Below, in pieces: positions 9,499 through 18,281 of a stretch of DNA of 39,203 nucleotides. The stretch's first letter is position 1; each line of letters begins with the position of its first letter. Origin of the DNA: Chthonomonadaceae bacterium (GTDB lineage Bacteria > Armatimonadota > Chthonomonadetes > Chthonomonadales > Chthonomonadaceae); the NCBI GenBank assembly GCA_035650735.1, contig DASRGZ010000131.1, positions 1 to 39,203 of the forward strand, written 5' to 3'. A program made the translations under genes and the position numbers. Below the pieces are notes generated by a model. It did no database searches. It was not told where the DNA came from and saw only the letters and a list, made by a program, of their open reading frames with translations.

Positions 9499-9942
9499 AT
9501 GTTCATGAGGCTTCAGATGCGCCGTGCCTTTACCTTAATCGAGCTGCTTGTCGTCATTGTCGTCATTGCCGTGCTTGCGGCCATTGTGATCCCGAAGTTC
9601 ACCGACCAGGGCAGGCGCAGCAAGGACGCCGCTTTGAAAAGCAATCTTGCACTGCTGCGGAACGCCATCTCCGCCTACCAGACGGATACGGGCCTCTACC
9701 CGCTTACCCTGGCGGACCTGGCAGCAACCGCCGCGCCCGCTAACGGCGCAGACCCGACCTCAGGAGCGTCCACGGCCATTCCGTCCGGCTCCTGGCATGG
9801 CCCCTATATCCAGGGCTCTATCCCCAACGATCCGGTTTCCGGCAGTGCTTTTACCTACTCGGTCACCGCTGGCACCGTGGGCAAAGTGAGCAGCAGCGCT
9901 ACCGGCAACGATAGCAATGGCACAGCGTACAGCAGCTATTGA
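9499..9942 (+). CDS. Major pilin / GspG-like pseudopilin
   Basis: AAGGAGG SD before ATG 9499 (start revised from 9370). Class III signal RRA|FTLIELLVVIVVIAVLAAI, plus GspG-like AYQTDTGLYP and WHGPYI..P.DP motifs. Confidence 0.9.
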   Translation: MFMRLQMRRAFTLIELLVVIVVIAVLAAIVIPKFTDQGRRSKDAALKSNLALLRNAISAYQTDTGLYPLTLADLAATAAPANGADPTSGASTAIPSGSWHGPYIQGSIPNDPVSGSAFTYSVTAGTVGKVSSSATGNDSNGTAYSSY

Positions 9943-9992
9943 TCTTAGAGGCCAGAGGAGACAGCCCGCATCGGCCCTGCCGGCCCGTTTTG

Positions 9993-10212
9993 TTTCCGGG
10001 CGGCTAAAGCCGCAGCAACCAGGGCACAGAGTCCGCCTGCGCGGACTCCTTTCTCCCCTCTCCCGCAGCGTGGGAGAGGGAGTGGGGGTGAGGGCTTTGT
10101 TCGACCACCTGCTGTGGACTCAACAGCCCGCTTTTGGCCTGTTCCAGCACGCGCTCCAGTCCGCGCAGCCGTTCTAACCCGCAGCGTGGGAGAGGGGGTG
10201 GGGGTGAGGGCT
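9993..10212. repeat. REP-like palindrome cluster (insert-free copy of the 1-131 family plus two GGGAGAGGG..GGGGTGAGGGC units)
   Basis: GCGGCTAAAGCCGC and GTCCGCCTGCGCGGAC hairpins; direct repeats CCCGCAGCGTGGGAGAGGG.GTGGGGGTGAGGGCTTTG near 10062-10098 and 10178-10215. Confidence 0.75.
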
Positions 10213-10626
10213 TTGAATTCATTCGCCCGCCATCGAATCCGGTCTGGATTAACGCTGGTGGAGGTGCTTGTGGCCGTCACGGTTCTCTCGGTGGCGTTGC
10301 TGGCCTACGTGTCGGCCTCTCTGGCATCGCGTGCCGCCGTGGATAAGGGGGACTATTTTACTCTGGCCGCGCAGGCTGCCGGAGACAAAATCGCCGACTT
10401 GCAGGGAACGGGTTACGCCGGGCTTGTGGACGGAACGACCACTTACGCCGTGGCCGGGCTTCCTCAGGGACAGATGACCGTCGTTATCGGGCCGCTCGAC
10501 GGCGATCCCGCCAACACCAATATCAAGCAGATAGACGTGACCGTCGTCTGGAACGCCGCCAGCAGCCGCACTCCGCAGACGGCCGGAAGCGTCCGGCTCT
10601 CCGGCCTGATCAGCAACCGCCCATGA
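10213..10626 (+). CDS. Minor pilin (PilV/GspI-like)
   Basis: RIRSG|LTLVEVLVAVTVL prepilin motif with Glu5 and KQIDVTVVW C-terminal strand. Likely start TTG 10213, since the upstream part of the listed ORF is repeat DNA. Confidence 0.8.
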   Translation: MNSFARHRIRSGLTLVEVLVAVTVLSVALLAYVSASLASRAAVDKGDYFTLAAQAAGDKIADLQGTGYAGLVDGTTTYAVAGLPQGQMTVVIGPLDGDPANTNIKQIDVTVVWNAASSRTPQTAGSVRLSGLISNRP

Positions 10627-11225
10627 GCCGCAGACGCGGGCTGACGCTGGTGGAAGTCCTGATGGCGCTGACGCTCGGCGCCGTCGTCCTCGTGCCGGTG
10701 CTCCTGATCTTTGCCACCCTGAGCGGACAGTGGGCGCGGCAGATCAGCCGGTCGAAAGCCATCCAGGAGGCCAACCTGGCCGTGGATGGAATGGCCAAGG
10801 AGATCCGTGAAGCGATCTCCTTCCTGCCCTATGACGCCGCCACCAATACCGCCAACGTCTTCACCCTCCCGGCGAACCGGGATGCGTCCGGCAACTATGT
10901 GCCGGCCTGGCAGAACGGGACTTTGCAGTACCAGCCCGGCACGCAAGTGAGCTTTTATCTGGCCAATGCCAGGGGAAATGCGGGCGGCCCCAACCTCTGG
11001 CGTCAGTATAAGCTGCCCGGTGGAAACTGGACGGCAGATGCGGCATGGAGCCTGCTGCCCGGCTCCTCCGTTCCCAGGATAGGGGATGTCCAATCGCTGT
11101 CCTTTGACGCGACGGGCACGCCGCCCAACGTCGTCCGCCTTACGCTGACGGTGGCGGTGACAGAGGGCATCCGAACCTGGACCTATACGGTGCGGCGTGA
11201 TGTCTATATGGCCCATCACAATTAG
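10623..11225 (+). CDS. Minor pilin (PilW/GspJ-like)
   Basis: MSRRRG|LTLVEVLMAL prepilin motif, MAKEIREA helix, ATGA overlap. Confidence 0.85.
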   Translation: MSRRRGLTLVEVLMALTLGAVVLVPVLLIFATLSGQWARQISRSKAIQEANLAVDGMAKEIREAISFLPYDAATNTANVFTLPANRDASGNYVPAWQNGTLQYQPGTQVSFYLANARGNAGGPNLWRQYKLPGGNWTADAAWSLLPGSSVPRIGDVQSLSFDATGTPPNVVRLTLTVAVTEGIRTWTYTVRRDVYMAHHN

Positions 11226-12291
11226 AGGCGCGGGTCGAGGTCGAAATCGGGGAAGTGTTGCGCTGTCGGCGATTGCCGCCCTGGCTATTTTGCTGGTCGT
11301 CGTTCTCGGCATGATGGCTATCGGCAATGCGACGTTTCTGAGCGGCAAGCGGCAATTGCGCCTGCGCGGCGCGCGCGCTATGGCCGAGGCCGGCATCGAG
11401 TACGGCTACTGGCAGTACGCCTATAACAAGGCGACCTTGCCCTATACCGGCAGCCGCAGCCTGGGCAGCGGCAGCTTCCGCGTAACCGTCACGGACAATA
11501 GCGCCAGCATCCCTTCCACGATTCAGATCGTCAGCACAGGCACGCTCAACGGGGAGACCGCTGCCCGCACGGAAGTTCTGCCGTCGAGCAGCACCCGGAC
11601 TCCGTTCGACTATGCTCTCTGTAGCAACACCTCTATCAGCGGCCCCGATATGGTCACGGGCGCGGGAGGCACGAACGGGGACATTCGCGCTAACGGCGAC
11701 ATTTCGCTGACGAGCTCCACGATAACCTCCACCGTGAACGGGGATGCCTATGCAGGAGGCACCTTGAGCATTCCTGTCGTCACCGGGGCGAAATTTCCCG
11801 GGGCGGCGTCGCTGTCCTACCCCGCTATTGACCTGGCCTATTACCAATCTATCGCCAACCGGAGGTTTAACTCCAGCCAGACATTCAGCGGTTTCCTCTT
11901 TCTCAGGCCCAACGAGGTGGTCTATGTCAACGGCGATATTACCTTGAATTCCGGCTACATCGTTGGCACGGGGACCCTGGTTGCCGCCAACCAGATCGTG
12001 CTGAACGGCGACCTCGCCTATGCGTTCTCCACCGATAAATTTGCCGGGCTAGCGGCAAACGGCATTACCGTCAGCGCCGCCCAGATCAGCGTTGTGGGCT
12101 TCTACTATGCGCATAACAGCAGCAACACCGCCAACGCCAGCCTCAAGGGTAAATTCCAGTTGGCACAGGGCGCTCTGGCCGCGGATACCGTTACGGTAAG
12201 CGCAAAACCGAAAGACAAGCCCTATAGTCTGGTCCATGATCCCGCTATGAGCTCCGCCCTTGGAAGGCAGCTTCACCTGCCCGGCTACTGA
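11197..12291 (+). CDS. PilX/GspK-like minor pilin or tip protein
   Basis: RNRG|SVALSAIAAL without Glu5, ARAMAEAGIEYG PilX-N motif, and beta-solenoid-like repeats (IRANGDI, YVNGDIT). Confidence 0.8.
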   Translation: MMSIWPITIRGAGRGRNRGSVALSAIAALAILLVVVLGMMAIGNATFLSGKRQLRLRGARAMAEAGIEYGYWQYAYNKATLPYTGSRSLGSGSFRVTVTDNSASIPSTIQIVSTGTLNGETAARTEVLPSSSTRTPFDYALCSNTSISGPDMVTGAGGTNGDIRANGDISLTSSTITSTVNGDAYAGGTLSIPVVTGAKFPGAASLSYPAIDLAYYQSIANRRFNSSQTFSGFLFLRPNEVVYVNGDITLNSGYIVGTGTLVAANQIVLNGDLAYAFSTDKFAGLAANGITVSAAQISVVGFYYAHNSSNTANASLKGKFQLAQGALAADTVTVSAKPKDKPYSLVHDPAMSSALGRQLHLPGY

Positions 12292-12375
12292 CCGCAATTG
12301 TACTTTAAAAGGTGCCGTGCTGTGTGGAATAAGCAACAAGAACCCTTATCTTAATCCAGCCGAAAAGTAATTGAA

Positions 12376-13629
12376 ATGGCCCTGATCTTAATCTTCATTA
12401 TAGCCAGCCTGGCCGTTTTGCTGCTTCTGTTGAAGCGGCGCGAGGCGGCGCTGCAGCGCCGGGCGCGCAAGCTTTCGACCCTGCTGGAGTTTGGGGCTTG
12501 CTTCGCGAGCGGCCAGGATGCGGCCCAGATCATGGAGCAGACGCTGCGGGCTGCTATTCGGGATACCGGCGCGACGGCAGGTTATATTATGCTTGTCAAC
12601 GAGAGGGGCAACGCGCTGCTGACCGAGATGGCCGTCAGCATGGGGAAGGAGCATTCTTTCCCCAGGGACAGAGCCTGGGGCGAAGGCATGGAAGGTTATG
12701 TGGCAGAAACAGGCAAGCCTCTAGTTTTAGCGCGCGAACAGGAACCACGCGGGCAGAAATCCGTTGCGGCGCGCTCCGATCTCCACTACGAGGGAGAGGC
12801 CGCTTTGTGCCTTCCCATGCTGGAAAGCGGTTCCACCCTGCTCCATGGTGGGGTCATCGGCGTCTTCACTCTGCTCCACCACCGACCGGGCCACCGCTTT
12901 CTCGATGAAGATGTGGATCTGGCGCGCATGCTGGCCGGGCTGGCCACCATGGCCTTCGTCAATTCGCGGCTCTATGAAGACCAGCAGGCCGCCTTTCTGC
13001 GCTCTCTGCAAGCCCTGGCAAAGACCCTCGATGCCAAAGATCCGTATACGCAAGGCCACTCCTACCGCGTCTCCGAGCTTTGCGTGATGCTCGGTAAAAA
13101 GCTGGGGGTCGCGCCGGAGGTCCTGCACGATCTGCGCAACGGCGCGCTCTTGCACGACATCGGCAAGATCGGCATTCCAGATTTGATTTTACGCAAGCCT
13201 GGCCCGCTAAACGCCGCCGAGTTTGAAATTATGAAGCAGCACCCGGTCATCGGCTATGAGATCTGCAAGCCGCTGGGCCTGGGCGATGAGATCCTGAGGC
13301 TCATTCGCAATCACCATGAGAAATTGGATGGGACCGGCTACCCGGACGGGCTGAAACTCGGCGAGCTTCCTCTACCGCTGCGCATCATCTGCGTTGCCGA
13401 TGCCTTTGACGCCATGAGCTCGTCCCGGCCCTATCGGAAGGTGCTGGATAGCCAGCTTCGCAACGCGCAGCTTAATCGCTTTGCAGGCACGCAGTTCGAT
13501 CCCGTTGTTGTGGAGACGCTTAAGGGGATGGTGAATTCTGGCGAACTGGATGAGCTCTACAAAGAGCATTGGAGGCTGCAGCAGGAAGAGGATGCTGAGG
13601 GGGACATCTCTCTGTTTGAAGCCGCCTGA
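12376..13629 (+). CDS. Membrane-anchored GAF + HD-GYP phosphodiesterase
   Basis: N-terminal TM, GAF region, DPYTQGHS, LLHDIGKIGIP, HHEKLDGTGYP, VADAFDAM, RPYR and GTQFDP. Confidence 0.92.
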   Translation: MALILIFIIASLAVLLLLLKRREAALQRRARKLSTLLEFGACFASGQDAAQIMEQTLRAAIRDTGATAGYIMLVNERGNALLTEMAVSMGKEHSFPRDRAWGEGMEGYVAETGKPLVLAREQEPRGQKSVAARSDLHYEGEAALCLPMLESGSTLLHGGVIGVFTLLHHRPGHRFLDEDVDLARMLAGLATMAFVNSRLYEDQQAAFLRSLQALAKTLDAKDPYTQGHSYRVSELCVMLGKKLGVAPEVLHDLRNGALLHDIGKIGIPDLILRKPGPLNAAEFEIMKQHPVIGYEICKPLGLGDEILRLIRNHHEKLDGTGYPDGLKLGELPLPLRIICVADAFDAMSSSRPYRKVLDSQLRNAQLNRFAGTQFDPVVVETLKGMVNSGELDELYKEHWRLQQEEDAEGDISLFEAA

Positions 13630-13889
13630 TGGCTCACCTAGACTGTCCTGTTTTATTCCCGCAGGCTCCTCCCAGTCCGCAGATATGGGCAGCGGCCTCG
13701 GCCGGTTTTGACAGGAGCCTGAGAGCGTCTAACACAACCGTTCTCCCTCTGCCTTGCAGGGAGAGGGCGGGGTGAGGGTGAAGCCTTACAGCCAGGTTTT
13801 GTTACGGACTATAAGTAGATTTCCGGTCTCCGCCATAATAACAAGATGAGACGCCAAACGGCTGGATCCTTCAAGGAGAAATACCCGGT

Positions 13890-16505
13890 ATGCGGTGGTT
13901 TGGAAACCTGAGAATCATTTATAAGCTGGCTCTCGCCTGCCTGGCCTGCCTGGCCCTGCCCATGCTCACGAGCGTCATCGCTATCGGGTGTCTGTCTCAG
14001 CTTATCCAGGAGACGCAAGCTCTGCAAGGCGCTCTCCCCGGCCATCCTGACGCTAAGGAGAAAAACCTGGGCCTTTCCGGTCTACTGCCTCAACACGAGC
14101 AGACCGCCTCGGCCCACCCCCCGCGGGAAGTGCCCGACAGGAAGCCCAACAGGGCAGAGGCAGCGCCAGGGCTGGCCTCTCCTCAGCAAACTTACGCTTT
14201 CTACGAGTGGAGGATCCATTATCTCAAATTCACTCAGGCCCTCCTTATCGTTCTCTTGGTGGCTACTCTGCTGATTAGCCTGCTGGTAATCCGCTATCTG
14301 GCGCGCAGCCTGAGCCAGCCGCTCCTGGCCTTCACGAACCGCATGGCTACCTTACGTGACCGGTGCCTGACCAGTTTAGGCCAGGCCGCTACCGCTATGG
14401 CAGCCGGGGATCTCACGGCGGTAATCCAGGTGGAAACGAAGCCTCTCTACGGCCAGACGCGCGATGAGTTTGGCACCATGGCCCGGGTTTTTAACGGGAT
14501 GCTGACCCAGACACAGCAGGCGATGACGGCCTTCATGCAGGCCCAAGCTGCCTTACGGGAGCTGCTTGGACACGTAGCGCAGGCGGCCCATTCTGTCGCA
14601 GACACCAGCACCCAGCTCGCCGCTGCCGCGGCCCAATCCACCCAGGCCAGCGCGAAAATCGCCGCTTCGATCCAGGAGGTCGCTCACGAGGCGCAGCAGT
14701 CCGCGGAGACGAGTCAACAGATGGCCCAGGAGAGCGAGCAGCAGTGGCGCAGCGCCACCAACGCCAGCGAGGCCATGCAGCATCTTAAACAGGCCATGAG
14801 GCAGGTGCAAAGCAGCGTAGCGGACCAACAGGCAGCCTCCCAGCAAGCGGAGACGGGAATGCAGCAGGCCAGGCAATCCGTCGAGGAGGTCGCCTCCTCC
14901 GCCTGGCAGATGGCCTCTACGGCGCAACAGGCGCTTGCCATTGCCCAGGACGGAGGCAAGGCCATCGAGCAAACCATCGCCAGCATGAGCCGGATCAAAG
15001 AGCAGGTCCAGGTCTCGGCCCACAAGATGCATGAGCTGGGCCAGAAAGGAAAGCAGATCGGGGCCATCGCCGAAACCATTGACCAGATTGCCGAGCAGAC
15101 CAACCTGCTTGCGCTCAACGCGGCCATTGAAGCGGCCCGCGCCGGAGGGCATGGCAGAGGCTTCGCCGTGGTCGCCGAAGAGATTCGCAAGCTGGCGGAG
15201 CGCGCTCAGGCAGCCACGAAGGAGATTAGCGGCTCCATTAACCACATCCGCGCGGGCATGGAGGCAGCGCTCCAGGCGATGCAGGCCAGCACCCAGGAGG
15301 TAAGCCAGGGGGCAGCCCACGGGGAGGAGGCGGGCCGCGGCCTGGCTCAGATGCTGCAAGCCACCCAATCCGTAGCCATGGAAGTAGAGATAATGACAGA
15401 GGCTGCCCATAAGATGAGCGCCATGGTGCACTCCGTGCAAGCCTCCGTAGCCACCATGCGCCAGATTGCCGACAGCAACGAGCAAGCGGTCGCCGAGATA
15501 GCCATAGGAACGGAACAGGTCGGAACGGCGATCCGGGAGGTGGCCTCGATCAGTGAGCAGAATTTCGCCGGGGCCCAGACGATGCGCGCCTCGGCAGAGG
15601 AAGTTTCTGACCATAGCCAGACGGCCAGTGGGGTCATGGAGGAACAGACGGCCAGCATTCAGCAGGTCAGCAGCGCCGCGAACCAGCTCAGCCAGATGGC
15701 CGCGGGCTTACAGGGCCTGGTAGACCAATTTAAATTGACGGCGGAGCCGTCCCTGGCGCCTATGGCAAGGGGAGAACTCTGCGTGCTGCCCGACCCCGGC
15801 CCCTGGAAGCAGGCGGCGGAGTCGCCTGCGGCGCCCACTCCAGCGCCGGCCCTGTCCGAGCGCGCTGTGCCGCCTGGGCTCGCTCCGTGCCTGCCCGACC
15901 CACTTTCCCCTCCGGATTATCTGCGCTACCTGGAAGAGAGCTTGATTCAGCTCGGTCTGGAAAACGTCGATCTATTCCAACTCGCAACAACCGATGCCCT
16001 GACGGGCCTGAAGAACCGGCGGGCTTTTGAGGACTATTTCAACCAGGCCTTTTTTGAGGCCCTCCGCTATCAGCAACCCTTCTCGGTGCTGTTAGTGGAT
16101 GTGGACCATTTCAAGGACTATAACGATACCTTCGGCCACCAGGAGGGCGATCAAGTGCTTAGAGAGGTGGGCTCCCTGCTGCAAACCAACGTGCGCAAGG
16201 CCGACTTTACCGCCCGGTATGGCGGCGAGGAGTTTGTCGTATTGCTGCCGATGACGGATAGCCAGCAGAGCCTGCTCGCTGCCGAGCGGCTGCGGGCTGC
16301 GATTGCCGAGCATGCCTGGTCTCGCGATGGGGTGACGGTCAGTATTGGCGTCGCCTCCTTAGTCCCTTCGATCCAGGAGGCCGCGACTCTGATTGCCCAG
16401 GCCGATAAAGCGCTTTATGCCGCCAAGGCGCAGGGGCGCAACACGATTATTCACTATGCCAATCTCGAAGCACCTCTAGCATGCCAACGGGTCGTTGGGT
16501 GCTAG
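13890..16505 (+). CDS. Methyl-accepting chemotaxis protein fused to a C-terminal GGDEF diguanylate cyclase domain
   Basis: Two TM helices, [42 protein letters not shown], a Pro-rich linker, then [32 protein letters not shown]-x5-GGEEF and ADKALY.AK..GRN. Confidence 0.92.
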   Translation: MRWFGNLRIIYKLALACLACLALPMLTSVIAIGCLSQLIQETQALQGALPGHPDAKEKNLGLSGLLPQHEQTASAHPPREVPDRKPNRAEAAPGLASPQQTYAFYEWRIHYLKFTQALLIVLLVATLLISLLVIRYLARSLSQPLLAFTNRMATLRDRCLTSLGQAATAMAAGDLTAVIQVETKPLYGQTRDEFGTMARVFNGMLTQTQQAMTAFMQAQAALRELLGHVAQAAHSVADTSTQLAAAAAQSTQASAKIAASIQEVAHEAQQSAETSQQMAQESEQQWRSATNASEAMQHLKQAMRQVQSSVADQQAASQQAETGMQQARQSVEEVASSAWQMASTAQQALAIAQDGGKAIEQTIASMSRIKEQVQVSAHKMHELGQKGKQIGAIAETIDQIAEQTNLLALNAAIEAARAGGHGRGFAVVAEEIRKLAERAQAATKEISGSINHIRAGMEAALQAMQASTQEVSQGAAHGEEAGRGLAQMLQATQSVAMEVEIMTEAAHKMSAMVHSVQASVATMRQIADSNEQAVAEIAIGTEQVGTAIREVASISEQNFAGAQTMRASAEEVSDHSQTASGVMEEQTASIQQVSSAANQLSQMAAGLQGLVDQFKLTAEPSLAPMARGELCVLPDPGPWKQAAESPAAPTPAPALSERAVPPGLAPCLPDPLSPPDYLRYLEESLIQLGLENVDLFQLATTDALTGLKNRRAFEDYFNQAFFEALRYQQPFSVLLVDVDHFKDYNDTFGHQEGDQVLREVGSLLQTNVRKADFTARYGGEEFVVLLPMTDSQQSLLAAERLRAAIAEHAWSRDGVTVSIGVASLVPSIQEAATLIAQADKALYAAKAQGRNTIIHYANLEAPLACQRVVGC

Positions 16506-16515
16506 AGTGAACATA

Positions 16516-16690
16516 GCCCTCACCCCCGGCCCACTGCTAGGGGCGGGCCTGCAATGGACTGCCAGGGTCGGCAGGGTTAGGGCCCCTGCCTCCGCCTTGC
16601 CACAGCCCTCCGCCTCGCGACCCCCGACGCTGCGGGAGAGGGGGGAGGCATTCTCCTGCGAGAGAGTGCCCCGAAGGGGCATGGGGCTAG
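16516..16690. repeat. Composite REP-like element with nested ACTGCCAGGGTCGGCAGGG family
   Basis: GCCCTCACCCC left end and CGCTGCGGGAGAGGG right part; 16567-16615 is identical to the reverse complement of 39073-39121. Confidence 0.8.
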
Positions 16691-16715
16691 AGTGGAATAG
16701 AACCGAAGAACGCAT

Positions 16716-18035
16716 ATGGAGCCTACTTATCCACCCAAATCCGATCTGAGCGCCAGGATAGCCGCCCTGGAGGCCGAACAGGCTCGCCTGCAAGCCCGCT
16801 GTCAGCAATTGCAGCAGGACCATAAGCGCCTGCAAAGCCGCTATCAGAACCTGTCCGCTCAAATGTCTGCGACCCAGGCGCAACTCCAGCAGGCGGAAGA
16901 GAGCTTGAGGCAGCAGTTCGAGCAGTTTAGCGCCCTGCGGGCCATGGATGCCCTGGTCACCGCCAATCTGGGCTTGATGCCTCTGTTGCGGTTCTTTGTC
17001 GAGCAGGTGGCATTCCTGCTGCACGTAGATGCGGCGGCGGTGCTGCTCTGCGATCCCCAGGCCCGGACCCTGACCTTTGCCGTAGGCCATGGCTTTCGAA
17101 CGCAGGGCATTACCCATTCCTGCGTCTCCCTGGGAGAGGGACGGGCGGGCCAGGCTGCCCAGGAACATTGTCTGGACTTTGTTCCCGATTTGCGCGCGGC
17201 AAGCACGACGTTCACCCGCGCCGGCTTGATCGCAGGGGAGGATTTTGTTGCCTATTTTGTGATCCCTCTGCTGGCTAAGAACCAGGTCAAGGGGGTACTG
17301 GAGATCTTTCACCGTGGGGAACTAGAGCCCAGCCGGGAGTGGCTGGAAACATTAGAGATGCTGGCAGGCCACATGGCGATTGCGATGGATAATGCCATGC
17401 TCTTCCAGGAGCTCCAGCAGGCCAACGCCGAGCTTGTAGGCGCCTATGATGCGACCATTGAGGGTTGGGCGCGGGCCTTAGAATTGCGGGATAAGGAGAC
17501 GGAGGGGCACAGCCGACGGGTCACCGAGATGACCATGCGCCTGGCGCGCAAGCTGGGCATGAGCGCCGCCGAGCTGACCCATGTGCGCCGTGGAGCCATC
17601 TTGCACGATATCGGCAAGATGGGCATTCCCGACGCCATCCTGCTCAAGCCAGGCCCCTTGACCGAGGAAGAGAGAAAAGTGATGTGCCAGCATCCGGTCT
17701 ATGCTCACGAATGGCTCTGGCCGATCCAGTTCCTGCGCCCGGCCTTAGCGATTCCTTACAGCCATCATGAGAAGTGGGATGGCACCGGATATCCTCAAGG
17801 CTTACAGGGCCCGCAGATCCCCCTGGAGGCACGGATCTTTGCAATAGTGGATGTGTGGGATGCTCTCAACTCGGATCGGCCTTACCGGCCACGATGGGAC
17901 CAGGATCGCATCTACAGACATATCCAATCGCTGGCAGGCACCCATTTTGACCCTGAGTTGGTGGAGGTGTTTCTGAGTGTGATGGCTGAGGGGGAGAGCC
18001 CAGAACAGGCTAACGAGCTGCGTGAGGCGGCCTGA
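16716..18035 (+). CDS. Coiled-coil + GAF + HD-GYP phosphodiesterase
   Basis: Gln-rich coiled coil, GAF, AYDATIEGWARALELRDKETEGHSRRV, LHDIGKMGIP, HHEKWDGTGYP, RPYR and GTHFDP. Confidence 0.93.
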   Translation: MEPTYPPKSDLSARIAALEAEQARLQARCQQLQQDHKRLQSRYQNLSAQMSATQAQLQQAEESLRQQFEQFSALRAMDALVTANLGLMPLLRFFVEQVAFLLHVDAAAVLLCDPQARTLTFAVGHGFRTQGITHSCVSLGEGRAGQAAQEHCLDFVPDLRAASTTFTRAGLIAGEDFVAYFVIPLLAKNQVKGVLEIFHRGELEPSREWLETLEMLAGHMAIAMDNAMLFQELQQANAELVGAYDATIEGWARALELRDKETEGHSRRVTEMTMRLARKLGMSAAELTHVRRGAILHDIGKMGIPDAILLKPGPLTEEERKVMCQHPVYAHEWLWPIQFLRPALAIPYSHHEKWDGTGYPQGLQGPQIPLEARIFAIVDVWDALNSDRPYRPRWDQDRIYRHIQSLAGTHFDPELVEVFLSVMAEGESPEQANELREAA

Positions 18036-18281
18036 ACGCTTTCCGACCGCTGCCCCGGCAGGAAAGCGTCTCCGTTTTTCTATAAAAGGACGCCTCCGCT
18101 ATCTGAAAGGCCCATTTTACAGACATTGGAAGCGTTGCCAGGGTTTCCTCTCGACGAGGCTCTGACAGCGACCGGGAAGCATTTCGTCTCCCGTCGGGAT
18201 TGCTGGTAGACACTCCCAGCCGTGTGGATCAATCTCACGCAGCCTGCTGCTGAGGAGATACGTCCACACCGTTGGGAGGGA

